Shown here: in pieces, positions 27,652 through 37,986 of the stretch | How positions within the stretch are numbered: the stretch's first letter is position 1 | How the letters are laid out: each line of letters opens with the position of its first letter | Assembly: GCA_965213925.1 (NCBI GenBank) | Contig: OZ243927.1 | Span: 3,840,001 to 3,904,000 of the forward strand | Length of the DNA stretch: 64,000 nt | Source: Trueperaceae bacterium | Lineage (GTDB): Bacteria > Deinococcota > Deinococci > Deinococcales > Trueperaceae | Direction of reading: 5' to 3' | Notes under the pieces: model-generated | The model's database searches: none | What the model saw: the letters and a program-made list of their open reading frames with translations, nothing else | What the model was told of the DNA's origin: nothing | Position numbers and translations under genes: made by a program

Positions 27652-29223
27652 CTAGTCGCTCGCGCCCTGACTCGCCCCTTGCAACTGCTGCCGCTCCGCC
27701 TGCGTCTTGATTTCGCCGCTTTGGATGCGCTCCCAGTAGGAGTTGAGCGCCGTCTTGATTTCAGGCGCGAGAATATAGAGCCCGATGACGTTCGGGAGAG
27801 ACATGAGGAAGATCATCGAGTCGGAGAAGGCTAAGACCGCGTCCAAGCTGATAGTTGCGCCCAAAACGACGAACACGCAGAAGATGGCTTTGTAAATGTT
27901 CTCTTTCATCGCGCCCTCGCCGAAGAGGTACGTCGTCGCTTTCACGCCGTAGTACGACCACGAGAGCATGGTGGAGAAGGCGAACAAGATCACGGCGAGC
28001 GCGAGGATGTAGGGGAACCAGCTTATGTTCGCCGCGAACGCCGCCGAGGTGAGTTGCACGCCGCCCAGGTCGCCTTGGGTGTAGACCCCGGTGATCACGA
28101 TAATGAGCGCCGTCATGGTGCAGACGACAACCGTGTCGATGAAAGGCTCGTGCAGCGCGACCAAGCCTTCGGTAATAGGCTCATCCGTTTGCACGGCGGA
28201 GTGGGCGATGGCTGAGGAGCCAAGACCCGCCTCGTTGGAGAACGCGGCGCGGCGGAAACCCTGGATGAGCACGCCGACGAAGCCGCCCGTGATGCCTGCG
28301 CCCGTGAACGCGCCCGTAAAAATCGCGCCGAACGCCTCCGGAATCTGTTGGTAGTTCGCGATGAGGATAACCAGCGCCGCGAGTACGTACGTGATGCCCA
28401 TGAAAGGCACGATTTTCTCAGTGACCTTCGCGATGCTCTTGATGCCGCCGATAATGACGATACCGATAAGAATTGCCACGATGATGCCGAAGAGCCAGCC
28501 CTTGTCCGCCCACCAGGACGCCTGGTCGCCTGTGACATTGACGAGCTGCTGAAACGCTTGGTTTGACTGAAAAGCGTTGCCACCCCCGAGTGACGCGCCG
28601 ATGCAGCAGATGGCGAAGAAGGTCGCTAGACCCTTACCTAGCCCCTCTCTTCCCTTGCCCGCCAATCCCTTGCTGAGGTAGTGCATCGGTCCGCCCGAGA
28701 CGCTGCCATCCTCGTTCTCGCGGCGGTACTTGACGCCTAGTGTGCACTCGACAAACTTCGTCGCCATGCTAAAAAGTCCAGCGACGATCATCCAGAAGGT
28801 CGCGCCCGGTCCGCCTAGTGAAATGGCGACCGCGACGCCCGCGATGTTGCCCAATCCGACGGTGCCCGAAAGCGCCGTAGCGAGCGCCTGAAAGTGCGTG
28901 ACCTCGCCCGCGTCGTCTTTGTTGTAGTAGTCACCGCGGATGAGCCGCCACGCCTGCGGGGTGGAGCGGAAGTTGATGAAGTTGAAGTAAAAGGTGAAAA
29001 AGATTGCCGCGACGATGAGCCACACGACGATGATAGGTAGTTCTGCGCCGCCGCCTATCGGAATAGCGAAGAAGACGATGGCGGAGAGGAAGTTGGCGGC
29101 GGGCGAGAGCACGTTGTTGATGGCTGCGTCGATGCCACCCCCGCCCTCCTCTTCCTGTGCAAACGCGGCTGCCATCATAAGCAGGCTCAGTAATACTGCA
29201 AGTAGTCTGTACGAATGTTTCAT
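27652..29223 (-). CDS. Alanine/glycine:cation symporter (AGCS family)
   Basis: FQALATALSGTVGLGNIAGVA, GGPGATFWM, FSNEAGLGS, PFIDT; GGAGG RBS before ATG 29223. Confidence 0.93.
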   Translation of the reverse strand: MKHSYRLLAVLLSLLMMAAAFAQEEEGGGGIDAAINNVLSPAANFLSAIVFFAIPIGGGAELPIIVVWLIVAAIFFTFYFNFINFRSTPQAWRLIRGDYYNKDDAGEVTHFQALATALSGTVGLGNIAGVAVAISLGGPGATFWMIVAGLFSMATKFVECTLGVKYRRENEDGSVSGGPMHYLSKGLAGKGREGLGKGLATFFAICCIGASLGGGNAFQSNQAFQQLVNVTGDQASWWADKGWLFGIIVAILIGIVIIGGIKSIAKVTEKIVPFMGITYVLAALVILIANYQQIPEAFGAIFTGAFTGAGITGGFVGVLIQGFRRAAFSNEAGLGSSAIAHSAVQTDEPITEGLVALHEPFIDTVVVCTMTALIIVITGVYTQGDLGGVQLTSAAFAANISWFPYILALAVILFAFSTMLSWSYYGVKATTYLFGEGAMKENIYKAIFCVFVVLGATISLDAVLAFSDSMIFLMSLPNVIGLYILAPEIKTALNSYWERIQSGEIKTQAERQQLQGASQGASD

Positions 29224-29288
29224 CCATGACCTCCTATAAAAACTATGACCTACCTGTGCCGCGTGAGAGAGGGGTGCTGAGGCGTATA

Positions 29289-29717
29289 TCAAGGAACAAC
29301 CGTTACGGGGACGGGCGCAACCTGCAATATCTTATTGGTAATGCTGCCAAAAATCGCGGTTTCGAACCTCGTTCTTCCATGCCTTCCTATATAAATCTGA
29401 CTCGCCCCTTCCTCTTCGGCAACCTCCTTAAGAATGTTCGCCACATGACCAAAGTGCACCGACGTTTCGACGTCGACCTCTCTAGCTAAGCGCTCTTTAA
29501 GGGGCGTAAGGACGCTGTTGGCTCGCTCCTTCTCCTCTTCGCGGTCTTTGTGGCGCGTCTCAAGCTCTTCGGGCGTCAAAAAGGAATAGTTAGACCACTC
29601 GATCACCGCTGCAAGGTGCAGCATTGCACCTGTTTGCGCAGCGTGCTTAGCGGCAAAGTTCGCAGCGCGTTCGGCGTACTCACTACCGTCGATGCCAACT
29701 AATAAAGTTGCAGCCAT
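29289..29717 (-). CDS. Universal stress protein
   Basis: LLVGIDGS, IGRHG...FGSIT, PVPVTVVP. Confidence 0.92.
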   Translation of the reverse strand: MAATLLVGIDGSEYAERAANFAAKHAAQTGAMLHLAAVIEWSNYSFLTPEELETRHKDREEEKERANSVLTPLKERLAREVDVETSVHFGHVANILKEVAEEEGASQIYIGRHGRTRFETAIFGSITNKILQVAPVPVTVVP

Positions 29718-29867
29718 CTTTACCTCCTTTAGCCCAGTGTGTTGTAAGGAAGCGATTGTAAGGTGGGCTAATTTCGGTACTTTAACATAATCTTCACGAA
29801 AGGGGTCAATAGGTCGGGTTTGACTCGAGATGCCCTGAATACGACCTGAATATCTTTACAGTAAAGA

Positions 29868-29942
29868 AGTTGAAAGCAATGAGTGAAACTCTTTAGACTC
29901 ATTGCTCGCCGTTCGCCCAGCTCGACTGGGTTACTCATTGCC
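29868..29942. repeat. GCAATGA-family inverted repeat
   Basis: AGTTGAAAGCAATGAGT...ACTCATTGC (x2). Confidence 0.65.
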
Positions 29943-29990
29943 ACAAATGTGGTTTGACTCACCTCGCCAATTTTATGTCATGCTAGTGCT

Positions 29991-31544
29991 ATGACCTTCC
30001 AAGAGCGGCGCATCGCCGAGGGCTTTCTCTTTACCGACTTCTATCAGCTCACGATGGCGCAGCTTTACTACCGCATGGACTTACACGAGAAACCCGCGCA
30101 GTTCGACCACTTCTTCCGCGAGTACCCGGACTACGGTACGCATCAGGCGGGCTTCTGCGTGAACGCGGGGTTGGGCTGGCTACTCGACTGGATGAACGAG
30201 GCGAAGATTACGGACGAAGAGGTCGAGCACTTGCGCGCACAGAAGGGGCGCACCGGAGCGCAGCTCTTTAGCGACGACTTTTTGGCGTGGCTACGACAAA
30301 ACGGCATGTTCGAGAGCTTGACCCTGCGGGCGGTTCCCGAGGGGCGCGTGGTGCATCCGCACACGCCTTTGACGGTAGTGGAAGGACCCTTAATCATCGC
30401 GCAGCTTTTAGAGACGGCGCTCTTGGCGCAACTCAATTATCAAACGCTCATCGCGACAAAAACGGCGCGCATCAGAGACAGCGCGAGGAGCGGGCTCCTT
30501 TTGGAGTTCGGGATGCGCCGTGCTCAAGATAAAGGTGCGAACGCGGGCACGCGAGCGGCGCTGATTGGCGGCGCGGATTTCAGTTCGAATACGGGGGTCT
30601 CGAGCGTCCTGGGCTATCCCCCCAAAGGCACCCACGCCCACAGCATGGTTCAGGTTTTTATGGCTTTAGGCATGGGCGAAGAGGACGCCTTTCGCGCCTA
30701 CGCGGAGACCTACCCCGACGAGTGCTTGCTCTTGGTGGATACGGTGGACACGCTCCACAGCGGCGTGCCAAACGCGATTAAGATTTTTGAAGAACTCGAG
30801 CGCAAAGGGCACAAGCCAGCGGGCATCCGCCTCGACTCAGGTGATTTGGCGTACTTGAGCATTCAAGCGGCAAAGATGCTCAATGACGCGGGCTTTTCCG
30901 AGGTGCCGATTGTGCTCTCGAGCAACCTAGACGAACTCGTCATCTGGCAGATTTTAACGCAGGTCGCGCAGGAAGCGTCCTCGTATGGCGTAGACCCAGA
31001 CGCGCTTATGGCGCGGCTTACCTACGGCGTCGGCACACGGCTCATCACCTCAGAGGGTGATCCCTCGCTAGGCGGCGTTTACAAACTTGTATCTATACGC
31101 GACGAGGGCGAGTGGCGACCCGCTATCAAAGTCTCAGACTCGCCCGCCAAGACACCCAACCCCGGCAATAAGAGCCTCTGGCGCGTCTACGATGCGCGGG
31201 GCAACGCGACAGCGGATTTAGTCGCGCTGGCTGACGAAACGCTCCACGAGGACGAACGCTTGTCGCTCTATCATCCCTCAGACGCCACGAAACGCCGCGC
31301 TCTGCGCCCGGAAAACGTGAGCCGCGTCGAACCTCTTCTCGTCAACGTGCTCGAAGAGGGCAAGCTCGTTTGCGACCTCCCCGACATCGAAGGAATGCGC
31401 GAACAGCGCGAGCAGGACGTGGCGCACCTCAACTCGGGGGTGAAGCGCCTAGTCAACCCACACATCTACCACGTCTCGCTGACGAAGAAACTCTATGACC
31501 TCAAGCAAAATTTGATTGCGTCGGTGTCGGATAACGGGCATTGA
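29991..31544 (+). CDS. pncB: Nicotinate phosphoribosyltransferase
   Basis: [46 protein letters not shown]. Confidence 0.94.
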   Translation: MTFQERRIAEGFLFTDFYQLTMAQLYYRMDLHEKPAQFDHFFREYPDYGTHQAGFCVNAGLGWLLDWMNEAKITDEEVEHLRAQKGRTGAQLFSDDFLAWLRQNGMFESLTLRAVPEGRVVHPHTPLTVVEGPLIIAQLLETALLAQLNYQTLIATKTARIRDSARSGLLLEFGMRRAQDKGANAGTRAALIGGADFSSNTGVSSVLGYPPKGTHAHSMVQVFMALGMGEEDAFRAYAETYPDECLLLVDTVDTLHSGVPNAIKIFEELERKGHKPAGIRLDSGDLAYLSIQAAKMLNDAGFSEVPIVLSSNLDELVIWQILTQVAQEASSYGVDPDALMARLTYGVGTRLITSEGDPSLGGVYKLVSIRDEGEWRPAIKVSDSPAKTPNPGNKSLWRVYDARGNATADLVALADETLHEDERLSLYHPSDATKRRALRPENVSRVEPLLVNVLEEGKLVCDLPDIEGMREQREQDVAHLNSGVKRLVNPHIYHVSLTKKLYDLKQNLIASVSDNGH

Positions 31545-31552
31545 GAAGAAAT

Positions 31553-31626
31553 AGTTGAAAGCAATGAGTTGAAAGTAAAAGGCGTTTGGTTTTCCACTTT
31601 CAACTCATTGCTCGGAACTCGTTGCT
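31553..31626. repeat. GCAATGA-family inverted repeat / possible terminator
   Basis: AGCAATGAGTTGAAAGT...ACTTTCAACTCATTGCT 17-bp stem. Confidence 0.7.
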
Positions 31627-31756
31627 GTCCTCCATGTGTACCAAATAGGGCCTCAGCAACAGGCCCCGCGTCACCTTTTGGCTATAGTGTCCCTGTAACA
31701 ACGCGATAGAAACGTGTTAGAGGTTGCTCTACATTTAAGAACAAGAGGAGGCAGAG

Positions 31757-32935
31757 ATGAAAGCAGTTATTGCGTCAGCAGTCCGCACCCCTTTCGGATC
31801 ATTTCAGGGGGTTCTTTCCCCGCTCAAGGCGTCTGAAATCGGTGCCGCCGCGATCAAGGAGGCGGTGCGCCGCGCCGGGGTCGAAAACGACCACGTGGAT
31901 ATGGTCTATATGGGCAACGTGCTCCCCGCAGGTATGGGGCAAGCGCCCGCTCGCCAAGCCACGATCTACGCCGGGCTCAGCGAGCACACGCCGACTGTGA
32001 CGGTCAGCAAGGTCTGCGGCAGCGGCATGGAGTCGATTATTCAAGCAGCGAGAGCGGTGATGGTCGGCGACGCCAACGTCGTCGTCGCGGGCGGCATGGA
32101 GTCGATGACGAACGCGCCTTACCTCGTTCCCGGTGCTAGGGGCGGCTTAAAGATGGGCGACAAGCAACTCGTAGACCACATGGTCAATGACGGTTTATGG
32201 GACGTCTACAACGACAAGCACATGGGCGCGTGCGCGGAGATGTGCGCCGATAAGTACAGCTTCAGCCGCGAAGACCAGGACGAATTCGCCACAGCGTCTT
32301 ATGAGCGCGCAGCCAAGGCGAACAAGGACGGCGGCTTCGACGACGAGATGGTCTCGGTTGAGGTCACGGGGCGCAAGGGCGACGTTACCGTCATCTCCGA
32401 GGACGAGGAACCTTCAAAGCTCAACAACGATAAAATCTCTAAACTTCGTCCGGCTTTTAAGCGTGACGGCGGCAGCGTCACGGCGGCGAATGCCTCGGGC
32501 ATCAACGACGGAGCAGCGGCGGTTATCGTCACCTCGGACGAATACGCGAAGGCGAACGGGATGCCTATCCTTGCAACCATCGAAGGCTACGCCGCTAACG
32601 CGATTGACCCCGAGTGGTTCACCATCGCTCCAGTTGGCGCGATGAAGAAGCTCTTTGAAAAAACAGACAGCAAGCCTGAAGATTATGGGCTCTATGAGGT
32701 CAACGAAGCCTTTGCCGTGGTGAGCATGGCGGCGATGGAGGAGTTTGGCATCTCGCACGATCAGCTCAACGTGCACGGCGGCGCGGTAGCGCTCGGTCAT
32801 CCCATCGGCGCGTCCGGCACGCGCATCGTGGTGACGCTGCTGCACGCGATGAAGCAGCGCGATCAGGAGCGCGGTATGGCGTCCATCTGCATCGGCGGCG
32901 GTGAGGCGTTGGCGATGGCGGTGGCGCTCGCTTAA
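31757..32935 (+). CDS. Acetyl-CoA C-acetyltransferase (thiolase)
   Basis: KVCGSG, GGMESM, NEAF, GHPIGASG, CIGGG. Confidence 0.95.
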   Translation: MKAVIASAVRTPFGSFQGVLSPLKASEIGAAAIKEAVRRAGVENDHVDMVYMGNVLPAGMGQAPARQATIYAGLSEHTPTVTVSKVCGSGMESIIQAARAVMVGDANVVVAGGMESMTNAPYLVPGARGGLKMGDKQLVDHMVNDGLWDVYNDKHMGACAEMCADKYSFSREDQDEFATASYERAAKANKDGGFDDEMVSVEVTGRKGDVTVISEDEEPSKLNNDKISKLRPAFKRDGGSVTAANASGINDGAAAVIVTSDEYAKANGMPILATIEGYAANAIDPEWFTIAPVGAMKKLFEKTDSKPEDYGLYEVNEAFAVVSMAAMEEFGISHDQLNVHGGAVALGHPIGASGTRIVVTLLHAMKQRDQERGMASICIGGGEALAMAVALA

Positions 32936-32955
32936 AAGCTCACTTTCTAGCTGTT

Positions 32956-32990
32956 GAGGGCGGACGAAAGTCCGCCTTCTCTTTTTCTTT
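32956..32990 (+). terminator. Intrinsic terminator after thiolase
   Basis: GGCGGAC-GAAA-GTCCGCC followed by T-rich tract. Confidence 0.75.
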
Positions 32991-32993
32991 CGG

Positions 32994-34043
32994 TTAGCGC
33001 AGCACAAGCGTCGCTCGAACGGGTAGATGATCAGACGCCAGTTTAGGTCCGCGTTCAACCTCGGCAATGTCAAAGGCGTCGCTGTACCAGATGTAGTCGA
33101 GTCTTAGCAAAAGAGGTACAGGTAGACCGCTCTGCAATTCAGCCGGCCATGTGTTCCCCCAACCTACACCCGCTGCGCGAAAAGCGTCTTGCATAACCTC
33201 AGCGACACGCCCATAGGTAGCAGCATGTTGGCTCATATTGAAGTCGCCTGTGACGACGTAAGGCAAAGACTCCTGCCGTAACGAGTCGATGAGGAGACCA
33301 ATCTGCTGATTTCTGATGGTGTCGTCGTACCTCGAGAGGGCGTTGACCTCAAACCAGGGGAGGGAGGAAAAGCGAGGCTCGCCGATAGGCCAGCGCAAAT
33401 GCACGTTGTAAAGCGCGACACTGCGCCCATCAATCTTTATCTCTATGCGTTGTATTTTTTCTGTGCCTACACTGCTCATCTCGGTGAGAGGGTAACGGGA
33501 CAGTACCATCTTCCCCCAAGCTTCCGGTTGGCTTACTTGATGAGGATAGGCCTCGAGCAGCGCGGGCGCACCTTTGGTATACGACTCGGGAACCTCTTGT
33601 AAAGTCACAATATCGGCGTTTAGCGTCCGCAACCAAGCCTCGAGCCCGTCAGGATTGGCTCGCATGTTGTAGGTGACGACCTCGAGCCTAAGCCCCTCAG
33701 GTACATCTCGAGGACCAAGTGAGAGAACAGGACCAAACCACAGAAGTCCTACGACGCCAAGCCAAGAGGTCAGCACAAACCCTAAATGCCAACGTTTAAG
33801 CCAAGCCGCAGGTAGAGCTGCGACTAGAGGCACGAAGAGAAGAGGTGCAAAAGTGTTGAGGAGCGACAGCCACCAAAGGCTGTCCCCGAAACTGAAACGT
33901 AAGACGAGGTAGAGACAGAGCGTGCTCAGGTAAATGTAAAGAACAGTGCGTAGCACAAGCAAGCCTAGCTTTTCGGAGCGTGTGATACGGATTCCGCTAT
34001 ATTCCCTATCACCGAGAAAAGCGTTCGATGATAGTCCATACAC
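32994..34043 (-). CDS. Membrane-anchored endonuclease/exonuclease/phosphatase (EEP) family protein
   Basis: N-terminal TM helices; TYN, LQE, GDFN, LDYI, SDHLP; start uncertain. Confidence 0.85.
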   Translation of the reverse strand: MYGLSSNAFLGDREYSGIRITRSEKLGLLVLRTVLYIYLSTLCLYLVLRFSFGDSLWWLSLLNTFAPLLFVPLVAALPAAWLKRWHLGFVLTSWLGVVGLLWFGPVLSLGPRDVPEGLRLEVVTYNMRANPDGLEAWLRTLNADIVTLQEVPESYTKGAPALLEAYPHQVSQPEAWGKMVLSRYPLTEMSSVGTEKIQRIEIKIDGRSVALYNVHLRWPIGEPRFSSLPWFEVNALSRYDDTIRNQQIGLLIDSLRQESLPYVVTGDFNMSQHAATYGRVAEVMQDAFRAAGVGWGNTWPAELQSGLPVPLLLRLDYIWYSDAFDIAEVERGPKLASDHLPVRATLVLR

Positions 34044-34209
34044 TCCATCAGTATATTTTTCCTACTCGCAGAGGAGTCCTCAACCGGGCGTATCATGCCG
34101 TTAATTATTGCTTGCATTAGCTATTCGTTGATGTTACCACCGGTTGAAGACTCTTTCGCTCGGATTGATTCGCTGACATGCGTGAATCAATCGGAATTCG
34201 TATGAGAGG

Positions 34210-34920
34210 TCAAACTTTATCCGGCATCCGCCCCTGCTGAATCGCCTCCGCCACCGTCCCCGGCAAACCCCACGCCACGATGTCAAACGCAACCGCGGCA
34301 AAGTCGTACTCGACCTTATCCATCGAAACCTCGACTGAGCCTTCGCCGATATCGAGGAGCGCGTAATCCGCCCCCGGCTCACCGTTGAGTGACAAACCGA
34401 CCGAGCCCGGATTGATGATCCAGCCCATCGGCAGCTTTTTGTAGAAGGGGACGTGCGTCTTGCCTGTCGCGAGAATCGTGCAGCGGTATTCCTCTAAAAG
34501 CTTGGTCAGCCCGATGACGTCTTGGTCTAAGTCGAGGCGTCCGCCGCCGAGCGTGCTGTGAAAAAAACGCATCCTGCCCACGGGCGTATTGATGCGCTGC
34601 TGTGAGGGGAGGTTGCGCAAGAAGTCGATGTGGCGCGGCTCGATGACGGTGCGCGTCCACTCCAAAATCTCATCGGCGACGCCGGCTCGCTGCTTCTGGG
34701 GTTTAGCGAAGTCAAACGCAATCTGCTCGTCGGCTGCGCCGAGCGTGCACATGGCCCCTTCTTGGCGCAAGAGGTCGATGGTTTCGTTGGGCGAGGGACC
34801 GTAGCCGACCAGATCGCCCAAGCAGACAATGGTGTCTGCGCCCCTATCTCTAAGCACGGCTAAAACCGCCTCGAGCGCCAAGATGTTCGCGTGAACGTCG
34901 CTGATAACTCCTAAAATCAC
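34210..34920 (-). CDS. Metallophosphoesterase (YfcE-like)
   Basis: ISDVHAN, LGDLVGYGP, INPGSVG; GNHD replaced by GAAD and GHTH by GKTH. Confidence 0.85.
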   Translation of the reverse strand: MILGVISDVHANILALEAVLAVLRDRGADTIVCLGDLVGYGPSPNETIDLLRQEGAMCTLGAADEQIAFDFAKPQKQRAGVADEILEWTRTVIEPRHIDFLRNLPSQQRINTPVGRMRFFHSTLGGGRLDLDQDVIGLTKLLEEYRCTILATGKTHVPFYKKLPMGWIINPGSVGLSLNGEPGADYALLDIGEGSVEVSMDKVEYDFAAVAFDIVAWGLPGTVAEAIQQGRMPDKV

Positions 34921-35237
34921 GGGCTCAGTGTAGCATTAGATAACCTAAATTACTTAAAAATGTAGGGAACTTCTCAAAGCGGCAAGCAGAAACTGTATGC
35001 TCCCCTCTTCCCCTCGAGCCACACACCTCATAACCTCATCGACGCGCCCATCACATTCGCTCCAACCCAGTGCGCCGTCTCAGGCTAGGCGCTATATTAG
35101 GTTTTGATTTGCGGTCTGTGGTATTTTTCGCATTGAGCGAGGTAGTTTAGAGTGCACATGCGAGCGGGGACCTCTCTGAACGCACCTTACTATTCGCAGC
35201 AAACCTAGCTGAATTTGGATTTGAAAGGGGAACTCAC

Positions 35238-36272
35238 ATGAATAACGCAGCTTCAAAATTTCGTCTGGTGGTACTGGCACTTCTGCTCAGCTTCGGCGTG
35301 GTGGCGTGCGGAGGCGGCGGGGGTGGCTCGGAAGAGAGCGGCTCGGGAGCTGAAAACACAGAAGGCGTTAGCGACGCAGAGGATACAGCGGACGCAGAGG
35401 TCGCAGACGCTGCGGAAGAGGGGGGCGCGGCGACGGGCGGCGCAACAGGGGGCACAACTGGAGGTGCGGCGACAGGCGGCGCGGCAACTGGGGGCGGCGC
35501 AGGTGGTGTTAGCGGCGCGGCGGCTGGAGCGGCTGGTGCAGCGGGCGCGGCGGCTAGTGCGCTGACTGGAGACGGAACGGGTGGCGCAACCGGTGGGATG
35601 GCGACGGGCGGCGCAACCGGAGGTGCGGCGACAGGGGGTGCAACAGGGGGTGCAACAGGCGGCGCGGCGACGGGCGGCGATGAGACAGGTGGTGGCATAG
35701 GTGAGGCTATTTCAGGCGCAGCAGCGGCGGCAGCGGGCGCAGTAGGGGGTGCGGCAGCGGCGGCCGTTGACGCCGTGACCGGTCAGGATTCGGAAACGGG
35801 CGGCGGCGCAACAGGGGGCGGCGCGACAGGGGGCGCAACCGGAGGTGCGGCGACAGGGGGTGCAACGGGTGGCGCGACAGGCGGTGCAGCAGCGGGTGGT
35901 GCGGCTCAAGAAGGTCAAGTCACCGTCAACCTCTCTAACGAGAGCAACACCGCTTGGATCGTGACCTCGGTTGACGGCGGCGACAACGTCGCTGAACTGG
36001 ACACGCAAAACCCTACCCTCAGCCTGACGACGGGTCGGCGCTACATGTTCGAGACATCCGACGGTCCCATCGACTTTCGTGACGAGAGCGGCAGCTTCCT
36101 CCTCGCGCAGGGGCAGCCTCAAGGAACGTTAGAGGACAGCTCGGAGGTCAACTTCACCGATGAGGGCGGCAGTGTGATGTTTACGCTCACGCCTGAACTT
36201 GCCGAACAACTGGCGACGTACTCGAGCACCATTTACCCCGCGATGAGCGGCAGCGTCGAGGTCAGTCAGTAA
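35238..36272 (+). CDS. Lipoprotein with Gly/Ala/Thr low-complexity repeat stalk and C-terminal cupredoxin-like domain
   Basis: Lipobox VVAC; >20 GGA(A)TG-type units; C-terminal NPTLSL...RY.F...YSSTIYPAMSG. Confidence 0.75.
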   Translation: MNNAASKFRLVVLALLLSFGVVACGGGGGGSEESGSGAENTEGVSDAEDTADAEVADAAEEGGAATGGATGGTTGGAATGGAATGGGAGGVSGAAAGAAGAAGAAASALTGDGTGGATGGMATGGATGGAATGGATGGATGGAATGGDETGGGIGEAISGAAAAAAGAVGGAAAAAVDAVTGQDSETGGGATGGGATGGATGGAATGGATGGATGGAAAGGAAQEGQVTVNLSNESNTAWIVTSVDGGDNVAELDTQNPTLSLTTGRRYMFETSDGPIDFRDESGSFLLAQGQPQGTLEDSSEVNFTDEGGSVMFTLTPELAEQLATYSSTIYPAMSGSVEVSQ

Positions 36273-36309
36273 AGAACTGAAGAAACAACCATTTGGAACC
36301 ACTGAGTAG

Positions 36310-36342
36310 GCTCGAGGCTGCGCAAGGTCTCGAGCTTTTTTT
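36310..36342 (+). terminator. Intrinsic terminator
   Basis: GCTCGAG...CTCGAGC followed by T6. Confidence 0.7.
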
Positions 36343-36523
36343 GGGAACGATTCATGGAAATACCGCCGAACGCTGGCGCTAGGCGAGCGTAGCTTCAACG
36401 CGGTTGCACGGTCTCTCAGCACAATGTAAGTGTTATCTATCTGGCGAGGCTGGTGCTCCGAGAAACTGCGTACATCGTCACTAGCTGCTAGCAGCCTATC
36501 TATGTGATAGACTCCTCTTCGCT

Positions 36524-37378
36524 ATGCGCGTCGGTATGATTTCTCAACTTCTCTGGGCTCGCTACGGCGACCTGTGGGAAAGACTCCTCACGGGAGTGGG
36601 GACAGAGGTGCAGCGCGCCGCACCCGAAGAGGTCGCAAAGGCTTTGCAAGATGAGCGCTTAGGCGTCGTTTCCGGCTTCGCCTTCAAGCTCGCCGCCGCC
36701 GAAGCGCTGGCGTTTGAGAATGCCGACGTCATCCTCGCACCCGAACTTAACCCCAACACCGACTCGTTACGCGGCAGCGGGCAAGACCCGTTTATCTCGA
36801 GCTTCCCCGAGGCGTTAAGCACCTCTGTAAGCGGCTTGCCACCCATCCTAAGCGTACCTGCGTCATTAGAAGGCAATGTAGAAACGCTCGTCATCAGCAC
36901 CCTTCATACGCTCACTAGGGACCCCGCCTTAGTGCGGCGCGTGTGGGAGCGGCAGCGCTCCTCGGCGAGAGCGCCCAAAATAGCCGAACCGCGCTGGCGC
37001 GTGCGCCCGTCAGAGGGCGGAACTGTAGGCGTCATCGCTCAGCCCTGGTTGCTGCGAGAAGAGGTCATGAGAGCGGCTTTAGGAGAGACGGAAGTGCACG
37101 TCGTCTCGCAGAGCCAGTTGGACCCCGCCATGCTCCGCGCCGAAGGATCGCGCGTGGACGAACGCCTCATTCCCACCGACAGCGAAGTGTTGGGGGCGGC
37201 GCGTTACTTAGGTCGCAAGGGCAGCGTGAGCAAGCTCCTGATGATTGCAGACGCATCCTCCGGGGCAGATGCTTGGCTCGTAAGGCGGGTGCAGAAGTTG
37301 ACGCACAAACCCTTCGAGGCCGTCTACCTTCAAGATAGTTTAGAACCGGACGCCCTCACCTCTGCGTTCTTGTCCTAA
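36524..37378 (+). CDS. Hypothetical protein (possibly DUF2229/CoA-activase-related fold)
   Basis: N-terminus MRVGMISQLLWARYGDLWERLL resembles the DUF2229 start pattern; weak. Confidence 0.6.
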   Translation: MRVGMISQLLWARYGDLWERLLTGVGTEVQRAAPEEVAKALQDERLGVVSGFAFKLAAAEALAFENADVILAPELNPNTDSLRGSGQDPFISSFPEALSTSVSGLPPILSVPASLEGNVETLVISTLHTLTRDPALVRRVWERQRSSARAPKIAEPRWRVRPSEGGTVGVIAQPWLLREEVMRAALGETEVHVVSQSQLDPAMLRAEGSRVDERLIPTDSEVLGAARYLGRKGSVSKLLMIADASSGADAWLVRRVQKLTHKPFEAVYLQDSLEPDALTSAFLS

Positions 37379-37696
37379 ATGCCGCTACTTGCCGCCGTCA
37401 TCACTGCGCTCTACGCTTTCGTCAACGCTTTCGGCGCGTGGATAGTTATTCGGCGTAAACCTTGGGTCGCGGGGCTCTTTATGCTCGCCGCCGCCGTGCT
37501 GATGGTCGCCGCCGCCGCGACGGTTTCCTCTATCCCTTATACGAGAGTGATTCTCGCCGCCGGCCTGGTGATGGCGTCCGCGACCTCGTTACTCAACGCT
37601 CAGGTCGTGATAGGCAAAATAGAGGCAAAAAACCATGTGATTCGCGCTGCAGTTGCTACCGGTATCTACCTCTTGGTAAACGCAGCAGTAGGATGA
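37379..37696 (+). CDS. Small membrane protein
   Basis: Four hydrophobic segments; ATG abuts upstream stop. Confidence 0.7.
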   Translation: MPLLAAVITALYAFVNAFGAWIVIRRKPWVAGLFMLAAAVLMVAAAATVSSIPYTRVILAAGLVMASATSLLNAQVVIGKIEAKNHVIRAAVATGIYLLVNAAVG

Positions 37697-37758
37697 TGCG
37701 CCCGCTCGAGTCCAACCGGCTAAAAGCCGCTTTTTTGCTTGGGACGTATTCTCGTACC

Positions 37759-37822
37759 TTGACCCTCTCACGGCGCCATGCTAGAGTTTGCAAAGTTATC
37801 GCTTACACTGCATAACTAATCA
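37759..37822 (+). promoter_or_regulatory. argG promoter with tandem ARG-box-like operators
   Basis: TTGACC-N17-TAGAGT; TGCAAAGTTATCGC (37789) and TGCATAACTAATCA (37809) 20 bp apart. Confidence 0.65.
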
Positions 37823-37831
37823 AAAATTCGT

Positions 37832-37876
37832 ATGCTATCTATCGTACCCTTAGCCAGCCGCGCCCGACGCCGTTAA
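37832..37876 (+). CDS. Putative argG leader peptide (MLSIVPLASRARRR)
   Basis: 4 Arg codons in last 5 sense codons (CGC GCC CGA CGC CGT TAA), between promoter and argG. Confidence 0.6.
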   Translation: MLSIVPLASRARRR

Positions 37877-37986
37877 AACCGCCCCAGCGGTCCTTTCGTC
37901 GTGTTGTGCGGGCCGTCTCACTTGGCTAGGGATATCCGTCGTTACCTCAATCCAAAGTCACACCGGTATATCAAGAGGAGAAGATA

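Noticed and set aside
35234..35698. Pro/Val/Ala-rich minus-strand ORF
   Set aside because: Antisense shadow of the GGATG repeats of the lipoprotein
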